This document shows positions 12,853 through 34,719 of a stretch of 64,000 bases of DNA, one piece after another. Numbering within the stretch: the first letter of the stretch is position 1; the number at the start of each line of letters is the position of its first letter. Under the pieces are notes generated by a model. It saw nothing but the letters and a program-made list of their open reading frames with translations. It did not search any database and was not told the origin of the DNA. The translations under genes and the position numbers were made by a program. Source of the stretch: the human T2T-CHM13v2.0 reference genome, Homo sapiens; the NCBI RefSeq assembly GCF_009914755.1, contig NC_060929.1, one strand, 5' to 3'.

Positions 12853-14235
12853 CTTGCATTATAAGAGTTTTAGAAACTGGTCTTTCAACACCTTTTAATT
12901 GCAAGGAAAATCTTTCCAGTTTTACCAGATTCAAGACTAACCGATATATTCTTATTTACATTTATTTCAGGCATAATTTTGGGGGGGATACTAATTTTTT
13001 TGAGTCCCAGCTATTTGCTCTTTTTTTTTTTTTTAAAGAACACTGGTATAACTTGACAATGGGTATTGTTAATATGGATATGAATGGTCTTTATAGATTC
13101 ATTAGAAAATCCTCACATAATTAATAGTTAAGATCTCTTAAACATGTCAGTCTGTCCTAAAATTCTCTTTTAATGATCCTTGAATAATTAATTTATATGG
13201 AAGTGATTATTGCTGACAAATTTTTGGTAAAGAGTGAGTAGACATGCTATTGCAACAAACAAAATCAGAGGCCTAAGCAGCTTTCATCGTTCTCAAAGGC
13301 ATAATCTCTTCTACATCTTTCTTATGTCACTGGCTTCTTACAGTATATCCCCAAATAACAGCACATATAATCTTTATATAGTCTGTGCATTACAGCTTCC
13401 GCCTGAGGTTATTACATTTGTTTTCTGACTTTGTCTAAGTTTCTCAATAAATTCTAGTTAAATCTTCCCTTAATGCAACATTAAATTCCTTAATAAATCC
13501 TGATTAAATGCTAGAGCTGCGCTGGGATTCTTGACTTTGTTCTAATCAAAAGCTTCAGAAATAAAAATATTTCTGTCACAAGAAGAGAAAGTAAAAGCAT
13601 GGAATGCAAATTTATTTAAGTTCTTCAATTTTGTGATAAAAAATAAGCTTCAATCTTGAGGAAATAGAGGTCAAAGTATCTGAATATAACACACTGACAA
13701 TGCAGTCAGTTTGATGAATACATTCATGGAATTAGTCTAATTCACTTTTAACTAGTTATCTAACTTGACAACACCCTAATCATACTGTACAACCTTAATG
13801 CCCAAATTAATGCTAGACTGATATAACAGATATTGAGCTTTTGTATTTAATGAGATTAGATATGCTATGAAGGAAAAGGGCTATAACAGGTTATGCCCAA
13901 GACCTCCTGTCAGTTTCCATATTAATTTAGTCTGTGCTTCAGGTTTCAGATATGTAACACCAATTACATTCTTCACTCATTAAAAGTTATTATTTATTAC
14001 AGCATGTGTATCCCAAGACTTCTTGGTTTGTGTGTAATGTTAACACTTTCCAAAAAAGCTTTATATCCTTATTATGAGTACTGACTGAATTTGAATTTTA
14101 TATCATGCTATTGTCTAAGCATTAAATAATCTAAAATATATAACTACGTTCTTCTTTTACATTATTAGAAAACCACAGAGATTACTCTGTTTTTGTCACT
14201 GATTAGTATTTTTTCACAGGACCACTTTGACTTAC

Positions 14236-14255
14236 TAGTTTTTTGGGGTTTTTAC
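14236..14255 (-). CDS. Candidate 20-nt micro-exon VKTPKN(Y)
   Basis: ctttttttccatctcattag|GTAAAAACCCCAAAAAACTA|gtaagt. Confidence 0.45.
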
Positions 14256-14526
14256 CTAATGAGATGGAAAAAAAGATTATAGTTACAATAAATATATGCA
14301 GCCATTTAATTTATTTGTATGGGTTTTAAGTAGGCCTAGTATACTTTTTGTTCAGGGTATGGATAATTATAGTACTTTTCCAGAAAACTAAGCAATATCA
14401 ACATGATATGGTAGAGTTGCAATAAAATTCACAATCTTTTAAAAAGTCAGAATATTAGGGATGCTGGTTTATCACTCCAAAGGAGATAGATCCCCCGAAT
14501 AAGGCTTAAGTTTGATTTTATAGGTA

Positions 14527-14636
14527 AAGAGAGAGAGAAAGGGATAAAGAAAGGGAAAGGAAGAAAATAAAGAAGGAAGAAAGGGAGGGAAGAAGGAAGG
14601 AAAGGAAGGAGGAAGGCAGGGAGGGAGGGAAGGAGA
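14527..14636. repeat. GA-rich / (GGAA)n-like polypurine tract
   Basis: Direct reading. Confidence 0.85.
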
Positions 14637-14696
14637 CATAAATCAAGAAGATAGGCTAGGGGGAATGGCATATTGTAAAGTAGACAATTTTTTTTT

Positions 14697-14885
14697 GGTT
14701 TATGCTATTTTATTAACTTAGAGCTGTCCAAAAATGACACAACTTTGTAATTTCTACACTGTAAATGGAAATTATCTTTTAATACTGAGACTTTTTTAAG
14801 CGAATTCATGCCTTAAAATATTTCAACACGACTGCCTAGTTCTGGATTCTGTCAGTTTCCCCATAGGTCTTCCAATTGCTTGATG
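14697..14885 (-). other. 3'-transduced sequence carried by the L1PA7 insertion
   Basis: Lies between the L1 A-tail (14886-14900) and a second A-tail (14688-14696) inside the TSD pair; AATAAA (tttatt 14709-14714) 12 nt before the second tail. Confidence 0.85.
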
Positions 14886-18304
<3,419 letters not shown>

Positions 18305-18535
18305 TAGACAATTTTTAATACACAGTTAAATATTGAGAATTCTGCTTTTCATTTTCATTGTAATTTAGTAGAATATAATCACATCAGACATTTTGATTCA
18401 TAGGCTTCTAATTTCTCAATGTTATATATTTGGAGACAATTAAATTCTAGAAGTAATGCAAAGACCTCTTATAAAATATAATCAAACAGCATCACACTGT
18501 GTTATATCTTTATCTATTTTTGTATGAAAATTAAC

Positions 18536-18549
18536 CCCAACAACCAAAG
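18536..18549 (-). CDS. Candidate 14-nt micro-exon (A)LVVG
   Basis: ctttaatttccttctgtctgtag|CTTTGGTTGTTGGG|gttaat; strong acceptor, weaker donor. Confidence 0.4.
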
Positions 18550-19322
18550 CTACAGACAGAAGGAAATTAAAGACATGGTATAAGAACCTGACAAATTTAT
18601 GGAGTGTTTAAAGTGTGGCTGTACCAAAGTGCTTAATCAATGCCTTCAAGTAGTCAAGGCACTGTTTTATTCAAATGTATTCCATTTGGTAAGCAGTGTG
18701 AATAAAAGGGAAACCATTCTTTGTTTTGACAGTGTATTTAACATTTTGTTTTAATGTTCCTTTTAAAAATAGTTGTGTTCTCCTAATGCTGTGACTGGTG
18801 AATTTTCTGTCTAGGAAGGTGCTATCATAATTGGGTGCTATATTTTGTCTCTAGGAAGGTGTGCTACCATATTTGGGAGGGAAATATGTATCTACTGGAT
18901 ATATTCTTATCCCCAAGGCCTATACTTCTTTTATATTGGAAACACATAAACACACACACACACACACACGCACGATAAATACACCTTCTGAATAATGAAT
19001 AAAGTAATTCAGTTTTTCATTAAAAAAGAGAATTAGTAGTTACAATATTTTCTTCAATGTGTGTAGGCTTCTGCAATCAAGTGACTGCAGAGGCAAAACT
19101 AGCTCTAAAGTGTATGTTCTATGACAGCAGATTCTAGGCAACATGAGGCAAAACTTCCAAATAATAAGAGCGGTGAAAGTCTGTTTTAAATATTATATTA
19201 CTCCTGGGGATAAAGGTGTAGAAAGAAATGGAATGAAGACTGATAGGATAATTAAACTGTATTCACCTTGATGAGATTTTCCCAAGTCTCACTATGGACC
19301 ATGACCCTCTCATTTACTTTAC

Positions 19323-19338
19323 CAATGACAAATTCAGA
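19323..19338 (-). CDS. Possible 16-nt micro-exon SEFVI
   Basis: ctatgtctatatctatag|TCTGAATTTGTCATTG|gtaaag. Confidence 0.3.
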
Positions 19339-19568
19339 CTATAGATATAGACATAGTCTTCTCACAGAACTACTTGGCCTGTCTTTGAGGAAAGTGGTAA
19401 CTCTCCCTCACTTAATGATTCCATAATAAATGTAATTTCAAACATCCCACATCCACGAACAAGAGAATTAGCTTTTTTGTGGTCATAATACATTTAAATT
19501 CATTGAAATATAATATACCTTCAAATTTATAAATGATAACTGTTTAGCTAATTAAGGGATATCATTAC

Positions 19569-19582
19569 CATGTAATCCTTCA
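19569..19582 (-). CDS. Candidate 14-nt micro-exon (V)KDYM
   Basis: tttgccattttcaaacag|TGAAGGATTACATG|gtaatg. Confidence 0.4.
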
Positions 19583-19867
19583 CTGTTTGAAAATGGCAAA
19601 CTAGCAAAGTTTAATCATAATGCAATCAGTAATGGTTGGCTTCATCCTATATTAGTGAGACATAATGCAAACCAGTGAAGATTCAAGAGAAGTTAATGAA
19701 AGAATTCCACTTAACAAGGAAAAGAAATGAAAGATGTCTTCTTAAACATTCATTACAAAGCAAGTAAGCTAAAAACTATTTTTGCTAATTTAGTTCAAAT
19801 TATTTATAATAATCATTTATTTTAGATTTACATGTTAGACATAGTACAAGACAATCAATGGTATTAC

Positions 19868-20020
19868 TACATTTAATCTTCAAAGCACTCTTATAAACTG
19901 GGTATTATTATCACCACTTACAAATGTGGAAAATAAACTTGAGGAGCTAAACTACTTGCCCAAGATCAACCAAAAATAGGTGGGAGAATGGAAAATGAAA
20001 ATTAAGTCTGTGACTTTCAA
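19868..20020 (-). mobile_element. MIR SINE
   Basis: catttaatcttc...gggtattattatcaccacttacaaatgtggaaaa...acttgcccaagatca. Confidence 0.7.
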
Positions 20021-21066
20021 CAAGATACCTTGTGACCTTTCCAGTTGGCCTTCTTTCCTTTGTTCTTTTTTTTTTCAGCCATGACTCATTTTTATGTTAT
20101 AGGGTCCAGAAAGTCAGCAGTGTGGAAGACCAAGCCTACATGGTATTTTCTGCTACTGCCATTGTTTATAGAATGTATTGCCTTAAAACACAGGGAGGAT
20201 TACAGCCATTCATTTATTCAGCATCTGTGCATCAGTCATTTATTCTGGGTATTGTGTTTAAGTGCTGGTAATAAAATGATGAGTAAGTTATCTAATAGGA
20301 AATTATTATAACTATATTAATTTACTATTATATATATATGTTATTAAAGTAATTTTTCCTATATGCTTTACCCCAAATATCATTCCCAAATAAACATTTG
20401 TATTCAAATATGTAGACAAATCTCTTAGCTAAAAGAATTTCACTTCTATGTGTTTGCATAGCAATAATATATTCTAGCAACAATATATCACAACATAATG
20501 TCAGATCATCTCCAGTCAACATCATCATTGTGTTAAATAAATTACTGGAAAGAACGACTGAATTCCCTGATTCACCAGTATTTCTCCTTAGAATGAACTT
20601 GGTGGAAGTAATTGCCAACTGAATTTATCAAAGTAGCTCCCTCAGATCTTTTAATTTAAGAGAAAAAAATTAAAAGCACTCCATTACCCCCTGCTCTGGT
20701 ATACATTCCTATCATCTGTTTTGGCTGAGCTGTCTTGAGAGGTAAGTGCAAGACAAGGGTAGAAGCAAAATGAAACACACACTTCACCCAACCAGTAGGT
20801 AGAGGATCAGCATACTAGTAGGTACTTAGACATAATAATCACATTAAAGCCTATTAAGGAATATGACACTTAAATAATTTCCTGGTTTAGAATCATTGTC
20901 CTTATTTGTGGGGACCTTCTTTTTTAAAGTAATCTCATATTGACAGGCTGTGTTCTGTCTCTTGCAAATTCACATTACGTTTTCAGGTAGGTTTGCAGGC
21001 ATATTAAACCGGCTTTTGATAAGAATACAAGCTGATGTCTTTAAGTTATCATCAAATATGAGATAC

Positions 21067-21100
21067 CATGGAATAAGTAGTGCATATTTGAATTATTTAC
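21067..21100 (-). CDS. Possible 34-nt exon VNNSNMHYLFH
   Basis: cttatacttctctaatcatag|GTAAAT...TTCCATG|gtatct; phase 0 to 1. Confidence 0.3.
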
Positions 21101-21793
21101 CTATGATTAGAGAAGTATAAGATGGAAAAAGTTTTGCAACTTCTTCGAACTGAGTGATGCAGTAATTAAATGGCAAGATGCAATAATATTTGAAAAACTT
21201 TATCACTTCTTGGGTCTGTTAATCAACTTAGCTACTCTCATATTTTTGTAAGAATTTCTTTTATTTAACTTACAATCTCAGAGTAATTCTCCTACACTTT
21301 AAAAGTTATAACCTGAAGTGTACATTTATAATAGTGGTTAGATTTTTTAATTACCTCTTTAGAATTTTGTCTCAGAAGTAAATTTACATTTCTATCTTTT
21401 ATCTGTATTTCATCCAGTGAAACAAAAACACACAACTTTTTATTACTTTAGATTGTCAGATGATATGTCCCAGTAGGGAGGCATATTTTACAGAAACAAC
21501 TGAGTAATTTATAAAATTGGTGGAAGACAAGGAAAAAATTTTAAATATCAATAATATACAAGCTTTAAGTTTCCAATGTAGTTCTAGCCTATAAATTAAA
21601 ACTTTACAATTGATAATATTACATTTTGATTTTAAAACTCTATGGATTTCCCCTTATTTACTTTAATATAAAATTTGTTCTATCCCATCCCTGATATCAT
21701 AAAATCAGTCAGCTCTAAATCTTGTAAATTTCAGACTTTATAACTTAATTATTCTTCTAAATTCATATGCCTTATTTCGTTACTCTGTAATCA

Positions 21794-22356
21794 TATTAGA
21801 TTTCTATTGCTGCTGTCACAAATTGCCACAAACTTAATGGCTTAAAACAATATACATTTATTGTCTCACAATTCTGCAAGTCAAATATCAGAGTGGGCTC
21901 AGGTGTTTTCTCTGATCTGGGCCTTATAAGGCCAAAATTAAGGCATCAGTCAGCCTGGGCTCTTGTCTAGAGGAAAATTTGCTTTCAAGCTTTTTTATGT
22001 TTTTGGCAGAATTTGGTTGCATGTAGTTGAAGTAAGGAATCCCTGTTTCTTTGTGGGCTATCAGCTGGCAGCTACCCTTAGGTCCTTGAGGTGTCTCTTA
22101 CCACATGGTTCTACGTGACAGCAATGGCACACTGAATTCTCATCCTTGAAATCATGTTGAAGTCTCCTGCCACATCACTTTTGTTTCCAGTCAGAGAATT
22201 TCTCTCCTTTTAAGAACTCATGTTATTCCCTAGCCTATCTGGATAATCCACAGTCATCTTAATTTAAGTTCAGTGACCTTAATTACATGTGCAAAGTCTC
22301 TTATTCCATGTTATCATAACATATTCACATTTTCTGGGGATTTGAGTATGGGCAAC
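21794..22356 (-). mobile_element. MLT1E-type MaLR LTR (remainder at 26933-26965)
   Basis: tattagatttctattgctgctgtcacaaattgccacaaacttaatggcttaaaacaa...ttggcagaatt...ttaattacatgtgcaaagtc. Confidence 0.8.
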
Positions 22357-26932
<4,576 letters not shown>

Positions 26933-26971
26933 GCATCTTTAAGGTTCATTAATTTGCCTATTATAACAATA

Positions 26972-27117
26972 TACTATCTTTTTTCACAGTTTAACATCCT
27001 TGAAATGGGATGAATTTTAAAGCCAGTGGTTTGTCACATTAGAATTGGCAACAATTTTCCCCTTGTTCTACATAATATGATGATGTATATTACCATGATA
27101 TGTTAATCTATGAATAA
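26972..27117 (+). mobile_element. MER104-like (TcMar) relic
   Basis: tttttcacagtttaacatccttgaaatgggatg...gtcacattagaattggca. Confidence 0.45.
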
Positions 27118-27209
27118 TAATTTATTATATGCTACTCTTAAATATTATGTAAACACAGAAAGAGCTATGAAAAGTCATAAAAAAGCAGTTGCTGTGGTAT
27201 GAAAATAGA

Positions 27210-27780
27210 CAGCTGACATGAACAAACAACTCACAAAATAAATCTAAATGGACAATATATACACAAAAATTTTAACTTTGCTAGAAATCAAAGAAATTAC
27301 CATTAAAAGAAACTGCAATATTTACTCTATCAAATTAGAAACATTTTAAATAGATGGTACCTATCCTTCATGAAAGTAGAAGGAAACAGTGTTGGAGGTA
27401 GAAACTATTTTGGAGGCTAATTTTGCAATATATTTCTTAAGACTTAAAAGTCTTCAATTACTTCAACTCTAGAAATTTTTGCCATAGAAGTATTCAAAGG
27501 CCCATGCAAAACTGTGTACATATTCCAAATATATTTTATATATCCTTTGTTGCAATTCTATGTATAATAATGAATGACTGAAAACAAACTTCCTGTTGTC
27601 AAATAATATAACATACTGGTTAAATCAATGTAATACATGTTTATGAAGAGCACTTACAGGGCCAATAAAATGATGCTATCTGAGACTCTCTAAAGAGAGG
27701 AAAATATGCATGAAACATAAGAAAAGTAGATTATATGATGGTAGGTATATAGTAATTTTGAGAAAGAAAAAATAATCAAG
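27210..27780 (+). mobile_element. Ancient L1ME 3' fragment
   Basis: aaatggacaat...agaaatcaaagaaa...actattttggagg...ctctagaaattt pattern. Confidence 0.55.
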
Positions 27781-28139
27781 TATTGATATCTGTTCTTCTT
27801 GCCAGTTTAAGTGGAAGAAGTATCTTTTTTCTCTCAATGGCTCGTAACTCCACTCATATTCTAGATACACTACCTTTCACTTCCTCAACAGCTGTTATTC
27901 CTCATTATTTTCTCTATCTTCTGTTTTACTTGGTCTCCCAAATTTTACTCCCACTGGCACTTAAAAATGCCAAAATTACTTCCATCAAGTACATGCGTAC
28001 ATACGTAAACAGATGGATGAAGCTATTCCCCATAGGTACTGATCATCCCTCCTTTTTGTTTCAGTGAAGCTTTTACTGTTTTTTTTTAATACACAGGTTT
28101 TCCAGTTTCTTTGATCACTGAGGTTAATACAAAACTATG

Positions 28140-28970
28140 CATTTATTCAACAAATAGTTATTAATACTTACTTTGTGTGAGATCCAGTTCTATGTTTGGG
28201 AGCTATGAATATAACTTGTGAATAGGGCAGTATATCTGTATGAATATTGTAGAAACAAAAAAATAAAATCAGATACTGACAAGTACAACATAAGTAATTA
28301 AAATAAGTTCATGTCTATGATGTAGGCAGAGTAGTGACTAGTAGGCTAATCATTTCAATGTTCAGGGAAGGCTTCATTTAAGCTGATATCTCAATTGTTA
28401 GAAAGTTCAGCAATATGAAATCTGTGAAAAGAGAATTTTCAGGTAGACCTTATCTCAGATTTTAAGAAGTTGGCTGTCTAGCAGAAGAGACACTACAGAT
28501 TAGGGAACAGCTAGAGCAAAGGTCCTGAGTTGGGAATGATCTTGGGATGATTGGCATTGATAAATAAGGATAAAATGGGTGAAATATATTGGCCTGGAGG
28601 GAGAGTAGTAAAAGATGAGACTGTGAGAGGTCAAACCACATAGGATTTCCCATGCTAAGATATTGGTGGTGTGGAGTGGTATTTTACAGTGGGAAGAATA
28701 TACTGATTATCTGATTGTTGTTTTTGAGGATTAGTCTGTTTTTAATGTGAAAACGGATTTTGATGGGGACAGGAGTGGAGGTAGGAGACTGGCTAGGAAG
28801 TTCTTTTAAGATAAGGTAGTTATTGTGGTGGTCTGAATGTTGAAGATGTAGAGAAACGTACCAACAGAAGACATAGATTTGCTTTTGCACTGAATGGGAA
28901 AGGGAGTGAATGAGAGGGTTGAGGAAATAGATAATGCTGGGGCAGCTAGAATGACAGTAGTAATCTTTCC
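28140..28970 (-). mobile_element. L2a LINE fragment
   Basis: atttattcaacaaatagttatt...cagggaaggcttc...gggaacagctagagcaaaggtcctgag. Confidence 0.75.
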
Positions 28971-29099
28971 TGGGATGTACCCGGATTCTAACTTTAATAT
29001 GTTGAAATGATTCTGTTAAAGGCCGTGAGTGCTCTTTTAGTTTTAAATCCAATTGAGAATTCTGAGTCCTTTCCTCTCTGGACCTCTATGTAGTTTTGG

Positions 29100-30720
29100 C
29101 ACACAAAGTCACTCTCTTTTTGCCTTATATCTTTACCATTTATCTCATTTTCCTCTGTGCTGCTGCTCATCCTTTAAATGTTGGGCTTCTTTCCCCCAGA
29201 CTCTTTGTTTTTCATTCTACAGACTCTTGTGACTATCCATACTGACAACTTCCGATCTGTGTTCACAACACAGATATGATTCTCCTAACAGTCTAGTCAA
29301 TACACAACTATATATAAACCGTGATTTCAAGTGCTAGAGGTGCCTCAATATGTCCAAACCCAAATTCTGTTTGTCTATGCTCAAATCATGCTCTTTCTTT
29401 TAATTCATTTTCTTAGGAATTCTCCCACCATTGACATGGTGCTTGTGATAAATTGAATTATTGGGCTGAGTTCTTCACCTGCCTGGAGTAGTATTATGTA
29501 TACATGTGTCTGTTATGGCTTCATAGAGAGTGAACTTACCACCATTTGACTTCAGCTTTTGCCAACATTACTTGTTTTGGTTAATGCAAATGTGGTGTGT
29601 ATGACACAATAAAGGCTTAAAAGGCCATTGGGCTTGTTGCTTATGCACCTTCCTTTCATGATGAGAAGAAGATGCTTCAGGCAGGTGTTAGTCAAAGAAG
29701 GCTGAGAGACATGTGAAGCACATTTGGACCAAACCTGATGCTCTGAGTCAATCCCAGTTATGCTCAAGGTACAGTAGCAGTTGTGTGAACAAGAAATAAG
29801 TCCATATTATTGTACATCATTAAGATTTTGTGATTTTTATTCAGCCAAAACTAACTCATGCAAGACCCAAGTGAGAAGCCTGGCAGCCATCCCTGACTCT
29901 CTCCTCTAATAACAGTAACATGGAATAATATCTAAACCATATTTTGTGCACAATGTATCCTGTGCCTCACTCTCTTTCTTTAACACCCCATTGCACTTAC
30001 CTCTTCTTTAAGTCACTCTGTATCTTATTACTGGTTTCCTTGGCTTTAGTATGATCCTATTCCAACCCATTTTCCTTACTGATATTACAATAATCTTTCC
30101 TAAAATGCAAACTAATCAAGTCATTCTGCTGTTTATAATCCTTCAAGGACTATCCTTAACTGAATAGTCATTATAAAACCCCAATTATTTAGCACACACT
30201 GACCCTCTCCACATGGCCTCCCTCTAAGTCTGCCCTTATTTCTTACATTTGTCTTTCATCTTCACCTTGCACTCCAGCAACACCATGCTCATTCTCGTTT
30301 CATGCTTTTTCATATGTTCCTCACATATTCATAGATTTTTTATGCCTACTCTTACCCCATGAAGTCTAAGTCCATCAAACTCCAATATTATCTTCTCCAG
30401 TAAGTTGTGCCTGCGTCCTCTACCCTCCTCACCTCATCCAGCCCTACTTAGGAGCCCTAGTGTTATATGTACATTCACAGGAATCAGTGATTTCTTCTGT
30501 TGGAGCTTAGTAGAATAATTAATTAGTTTCTATTTGTGGTTCAAATTTAGTTCAGATGAACTTTCTTTTTGATTTGTTTACTTTCTTGTCTTGTAACTAG
30601 TATATACTTTTCTTGGAGTCATTATTATATCTTTTATTTCTGTATTTCCAGTGACTACTATGATGCTTGAAACTTCATAAATATAATTGTGGAGTAAGTG
30701 AGTAAAATAAAGAAGGAAGG
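29100..30720 (+). mobile_element. L2 fragment interrupted by an MLT1I/J-type LTR (~29440-29861)
   Basis: L2: caatatgtccaaacccaaatt...cagccatccctgactc...atctttcctaaaatgcaaact; MLT1: catgatgagaagaagatgc...gtgaacaagaaataag. Confidence 0.6.
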
Positions 30721-31162
30721 AAAGAATTTTAGAGGAGAAAATTGAAGCCAAGACATTTTAAGTAATTTTCTCATTGTTGTTCACTAAATAAGTGATTGAG
30801 ATTAAGATCACTTGTGTCCTTGAGTAGTACATTTTATGTTTTACCATTTCCATTTCCCAAACATTTTTTTAAAAAGCATCATTCCCAGTGATTGCAAAAT
30901 TACAAGTTATATATTACTAGGAATAAAAATTATAAGTACATTTATGAAGACTTTGTGTTTAAAAACATTATGAGATAGTCACATGTTTTTTTTGGAAACA
31001 AGTGGATATTATCCTGAAGGTCTGTATCTATTAAACTCTATGAAAATGATTCTATAACATTGACAAACATTATCAGTAAAAGCAAGTTATTATTAAACAA
31101 GCAAGGGCATATTGGTACTTAAGAGAATGCCATTGTAATGTAAGCAATTGCATCATCATTAC

Positions 31163-31202
31163 CTTTGCATATTGGATACAATTGAGTGGTCAGACCTATG
31201 AA
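31163..31202 (-). CDS. Possible exon (FI)GLTTQLYPICK; 40 nt from AAG acceptor or 33 nt from TAG at 31196
   Basis: gtacttttaaag|TTCATAG|GTCTG...TGCAAAG|gtaatg; good donor, ambiguous acceptor. Confidence 0.3.
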
Positions 31203-33515
31203 CTTTAAAAGTACATCTCTATGCCTGTCTTTTCTCAAGTCTCCTTTCCTCACGTGAGCTTTTTCAAACCCATTCTATCTCATTTTAATCAACTGAGTAA
31301 AACTTTAATATCTGCATTCCTGATTCTTTGGCATTTTAGTATACCTTTAATATATCATCATCGATCAAATGTGTCCTTAAAACTTCTTTTTCCTGCCTTA
31401 GTTTCTGTATATGTATACATGCCTCTGTGTGTGTGTATGGCAGGGGAGGGAGGGTGATGGATCTGTGTCCTCTAATATTTTCAAATTTGTTGAAAGTAGA
31501 GTTATGTGTTCTTTTTTCTAAGTATTTTCTACATCAGGCTTCAGACATAAAGGTTTCGTCAATTAGCCATTAACTGAGACACCTTAGATACATTAAACAC
31601 TGAAAATGACATAAAGGTCCCATTTTATAGATGTATCAATGGGTAAAATCAAATAACTTTATAGTGTATTGGTGGAAAACTGAAACTATAATTTTGGACT
31701 CCTATGTGACAGTGCAATTCTAATTCCCCTACATAGTCTCATCTCTTAATTAGCTTGAGAAGTAGCTACTGTACTCTCAGAAATAGCCTAGAATTGTAAA
31801 ATTGTATTAGTTTGAGACTATAAGCATTACCCTTGAAGTTATTTCAAGCAAATCCCTTTGCTATAACTCATGATATGAGATCTTAGAAATGATTAAATAA
31901 GAATGTGTCTTGATGATCAAATCGTATTTCAAAAAGAATTAATGCTTTAAATTTTCCTCTGTCAAGCAGCTTAATTCTTTTTACAGTACTTTTGCGATTG
32001 CACTTCTGATTCAATAGTGAGTATACTCATAATAATGATGATCATATGGCAGCACCACATCATATCCTTTAGAGCTTTATACATTTATCAGTACCTTTTG
32101 GTTAGTGTTCTAGTCTAGTGATCTTTGCCATATTCTGAAAAATAAAGTATATATTGGTACATCAAGTTGGGATTTTAGTCACTTTTTTCTGTAATTTGGT
32201 TTGCTTCCACAAAATTAGCAATGACAAGTATTATATATTCAACTGGGTGCCAGGTTATAAAGGTAAACCAAGACATAATGCCAGATTTTAAGAATTTGGT
32301 TATATAGCAGAAGAGTAAATACTGAACAAGAAGTCAGATTTTAATGAGATGTTATTTTAGACTGAAGGGATCAGGGAAAACTTAACGGAAAAGGTAGCTT
32401 TGGAACTAGACTCTGATAATCTAAGGTGGCATAGATATGGCATAAAGATAGAGGGCTCAGACCATGGGATTCCCTTGTCACTAACTCATCTCCTGTTGCT
32501 GGTTTGCCCAGGTAATTTAATAAATATTTGTTCTAGCCACGTATCACCAAAGGTCTCATTTTTATTTGTCTTACAGAAAAGCCACTGGTTTTCTTTTCTC
32601 TGAAAGAATATTTCAGGATATTACCCATATATATATTTTTAAAATAGAAGACTGACCCTCAGGAATAATGATCTAGAATTGAATAATGTACTTTATAGGA
32701 CTTGATACATCAGTCTGAAATAAGGGTTACATCATTCCACGTTCGTTTCTTTCCTGAAGTGTTATGACATCGAAAAGAGTAAAGCCCATAGGGCAGTGAT
32801 ATTTCTGTTCCTCTCCCTGCCTATTTGATTTTGGCCCTCCATTTCCTGCTCACTTTGCATGCATCAGACTCTTAAGAGTTTTGTCATCTCTTTCACCTGA
32901 CCCCATACTCACTCTAATTGCTTATTCCCTTTCAAAATACTCAAATAATTAATCAGCACCAGTAAAATGCTAGACCTGAAGATGCTAATACTTATTCATC
33001 ATGTTTAGGCCCAATTGACTGTGGCTTCAGTGTGCATGTGTGTGGTGATGAGAGTATGTCTGTCTGTCTACTTGGTGTGGTTAATTGGGTGATTTCTAAG
33101 GTCTTTCTGTTTAAGGATTCTAATGTTTGAATGGGAAATACATTAAATGTTGAATACTATACACAGTTGTGATTGAAACACTGTTTATATACATTATTCG
33201 ATTGCCTTATGATCCTCTGCTATCCTCAGCAAATAGTACTGGCAAATCAGGGAGAAATCTAGTTCCCTTATGGAAATGGATTATGCATCATATCAAATAT
33301 TGAGAAGAGTAAGGAGTCTACTGATTTTTCTCAAGAAGATAATAGCATGGTAAAAACTGACATTTCAGATGCAAAATTTTATTTAGAAAATGGACTCCTA
33401 ACCAGGCTAATCCAATCCTGACATTACTTGAAGAATGAGTGTTTTAGACTGGTCTATTTAAGAAAAAAGTTTTCACTGTGTCTATTTACTGTACTTCATT
33501 GATTTTCTGCCTTAC

Positions 33516-33530
33516 CAAGTCATTTGGAAT
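33516..33530 (-). CDS. Candidate 15-nt micro-exon IPNDL
   Basis: gactcatcttctggatatttag|ATTCCAAATGACTTG|gtaagg, long T tract further upstream. Confidence 0.42.
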
Positions 33531-34304
33531 CTAAATATCCAGAAGATGAGTCTATTCAGTAAAAAAAAAAAAAAACTAAAATGAAAAAGAAAAAAAATCA
33601 TATCACATTCCACCTTTCACAATAATTTATTTGCTTCTAATTAGCAAGATTGAGCCTTATATGGGCACTGAAAATACAATGTCAATTTTGTTATCTAGCA
33701 GATATAGAAAGAAAACAAAATTTAAACTATTATTTTAAATGTGCGGTTCGGCATTCCTTAAAACAACATATGTTCTGCAATTCCATTTGAAAAACAAATA
33801 GGAATTAGCGATGATTTGGCACCATGATCTGAAATAATGATCTTGATTATGATATCAGTATTTTTATTTAGCCAGTTAAAAAGCTAATGTTTTAGCGTGT
33901 TACTGTGATTGAAACTTACAGTCTACTGATGATGAAAAATAACTTTAGCGCCTGATAAACTTGGACTCAAATACTGGCTCTTTTACTTATTTTTTTCTGA
34001 AATCTTAGTCAAGGTATCTAAACTATTTGGTTCTTGATTTATTTGCACAAAAAAGAAGATACCTGTCCCTAATTCACAAATTTTCTTCTCTGGAGCTATG
34101 ATTTCAATATTCGGGCCTTGTGACAATTATTTTCTATTTTTCTGGTTTCTTAACTATACTTTAGAAGTGTAATTCTCTGAATTCTCTAGGGAAAACTCAC
34201 ATTAAGATTTTATATCCATGTTTCAGAAGGAAGATAAGCTTACATTTCATTTTACATTTTTAAATGAACTATTTTTACATTTTTAAATATACTACTTTCA
34301 ACTA

Positions 34305-34689
34305 TGTCTTCTTGAGAGTTCCTCATCTGTGCCCTTCCGAAATCCTACAATCGGTGCACCCATCCTCCAGGTGCTGGGGGCACTTGGGGCTAACTGTTCA
34401 CAGTCCTTCCCCTCCTGACAAACCACAGTCAAGGATTAACTGGCATGGGGATACAAATAGCTCTCTTGCCTCAAGGTGGATCCAACTCTGGCTTAATTCA
34501 TACTCCAGAACTGCCCATGGGATCAGATTGCAGGTAGAGAGCCTAGCTGTGAAGACATCCTTACCTAGTTCCTTCACTTGCCTCATCCTTTCCCCCTTTG
34601 ATCTTTTTCTACTGAAGGCATCCCCTCAATAAATCCACTCAGTCAAATCACTGTCTCAGGCTCTGCTAAAGGCATACCTCATTAAGACT
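34305..34689 (+). mobile_element. LTR16A-type ERVL solo LTR
   Basis: cttgcctcaaggtgga...ctccagaactgcccatgggatcag...cctcaataaat...tgtctcaggctctgct. Confidence 0.75.
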
Positions 34690-34719
34690 GATTTTAAAAC
34701 CTGAGGTTGTGTGAGCCAG

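Noticed and set aside
19519-19539. 21-nt in-frame exon candidate LSFINLK
   Set aside because: Would leave a 29-nt intron to 19569; weak acceptor.
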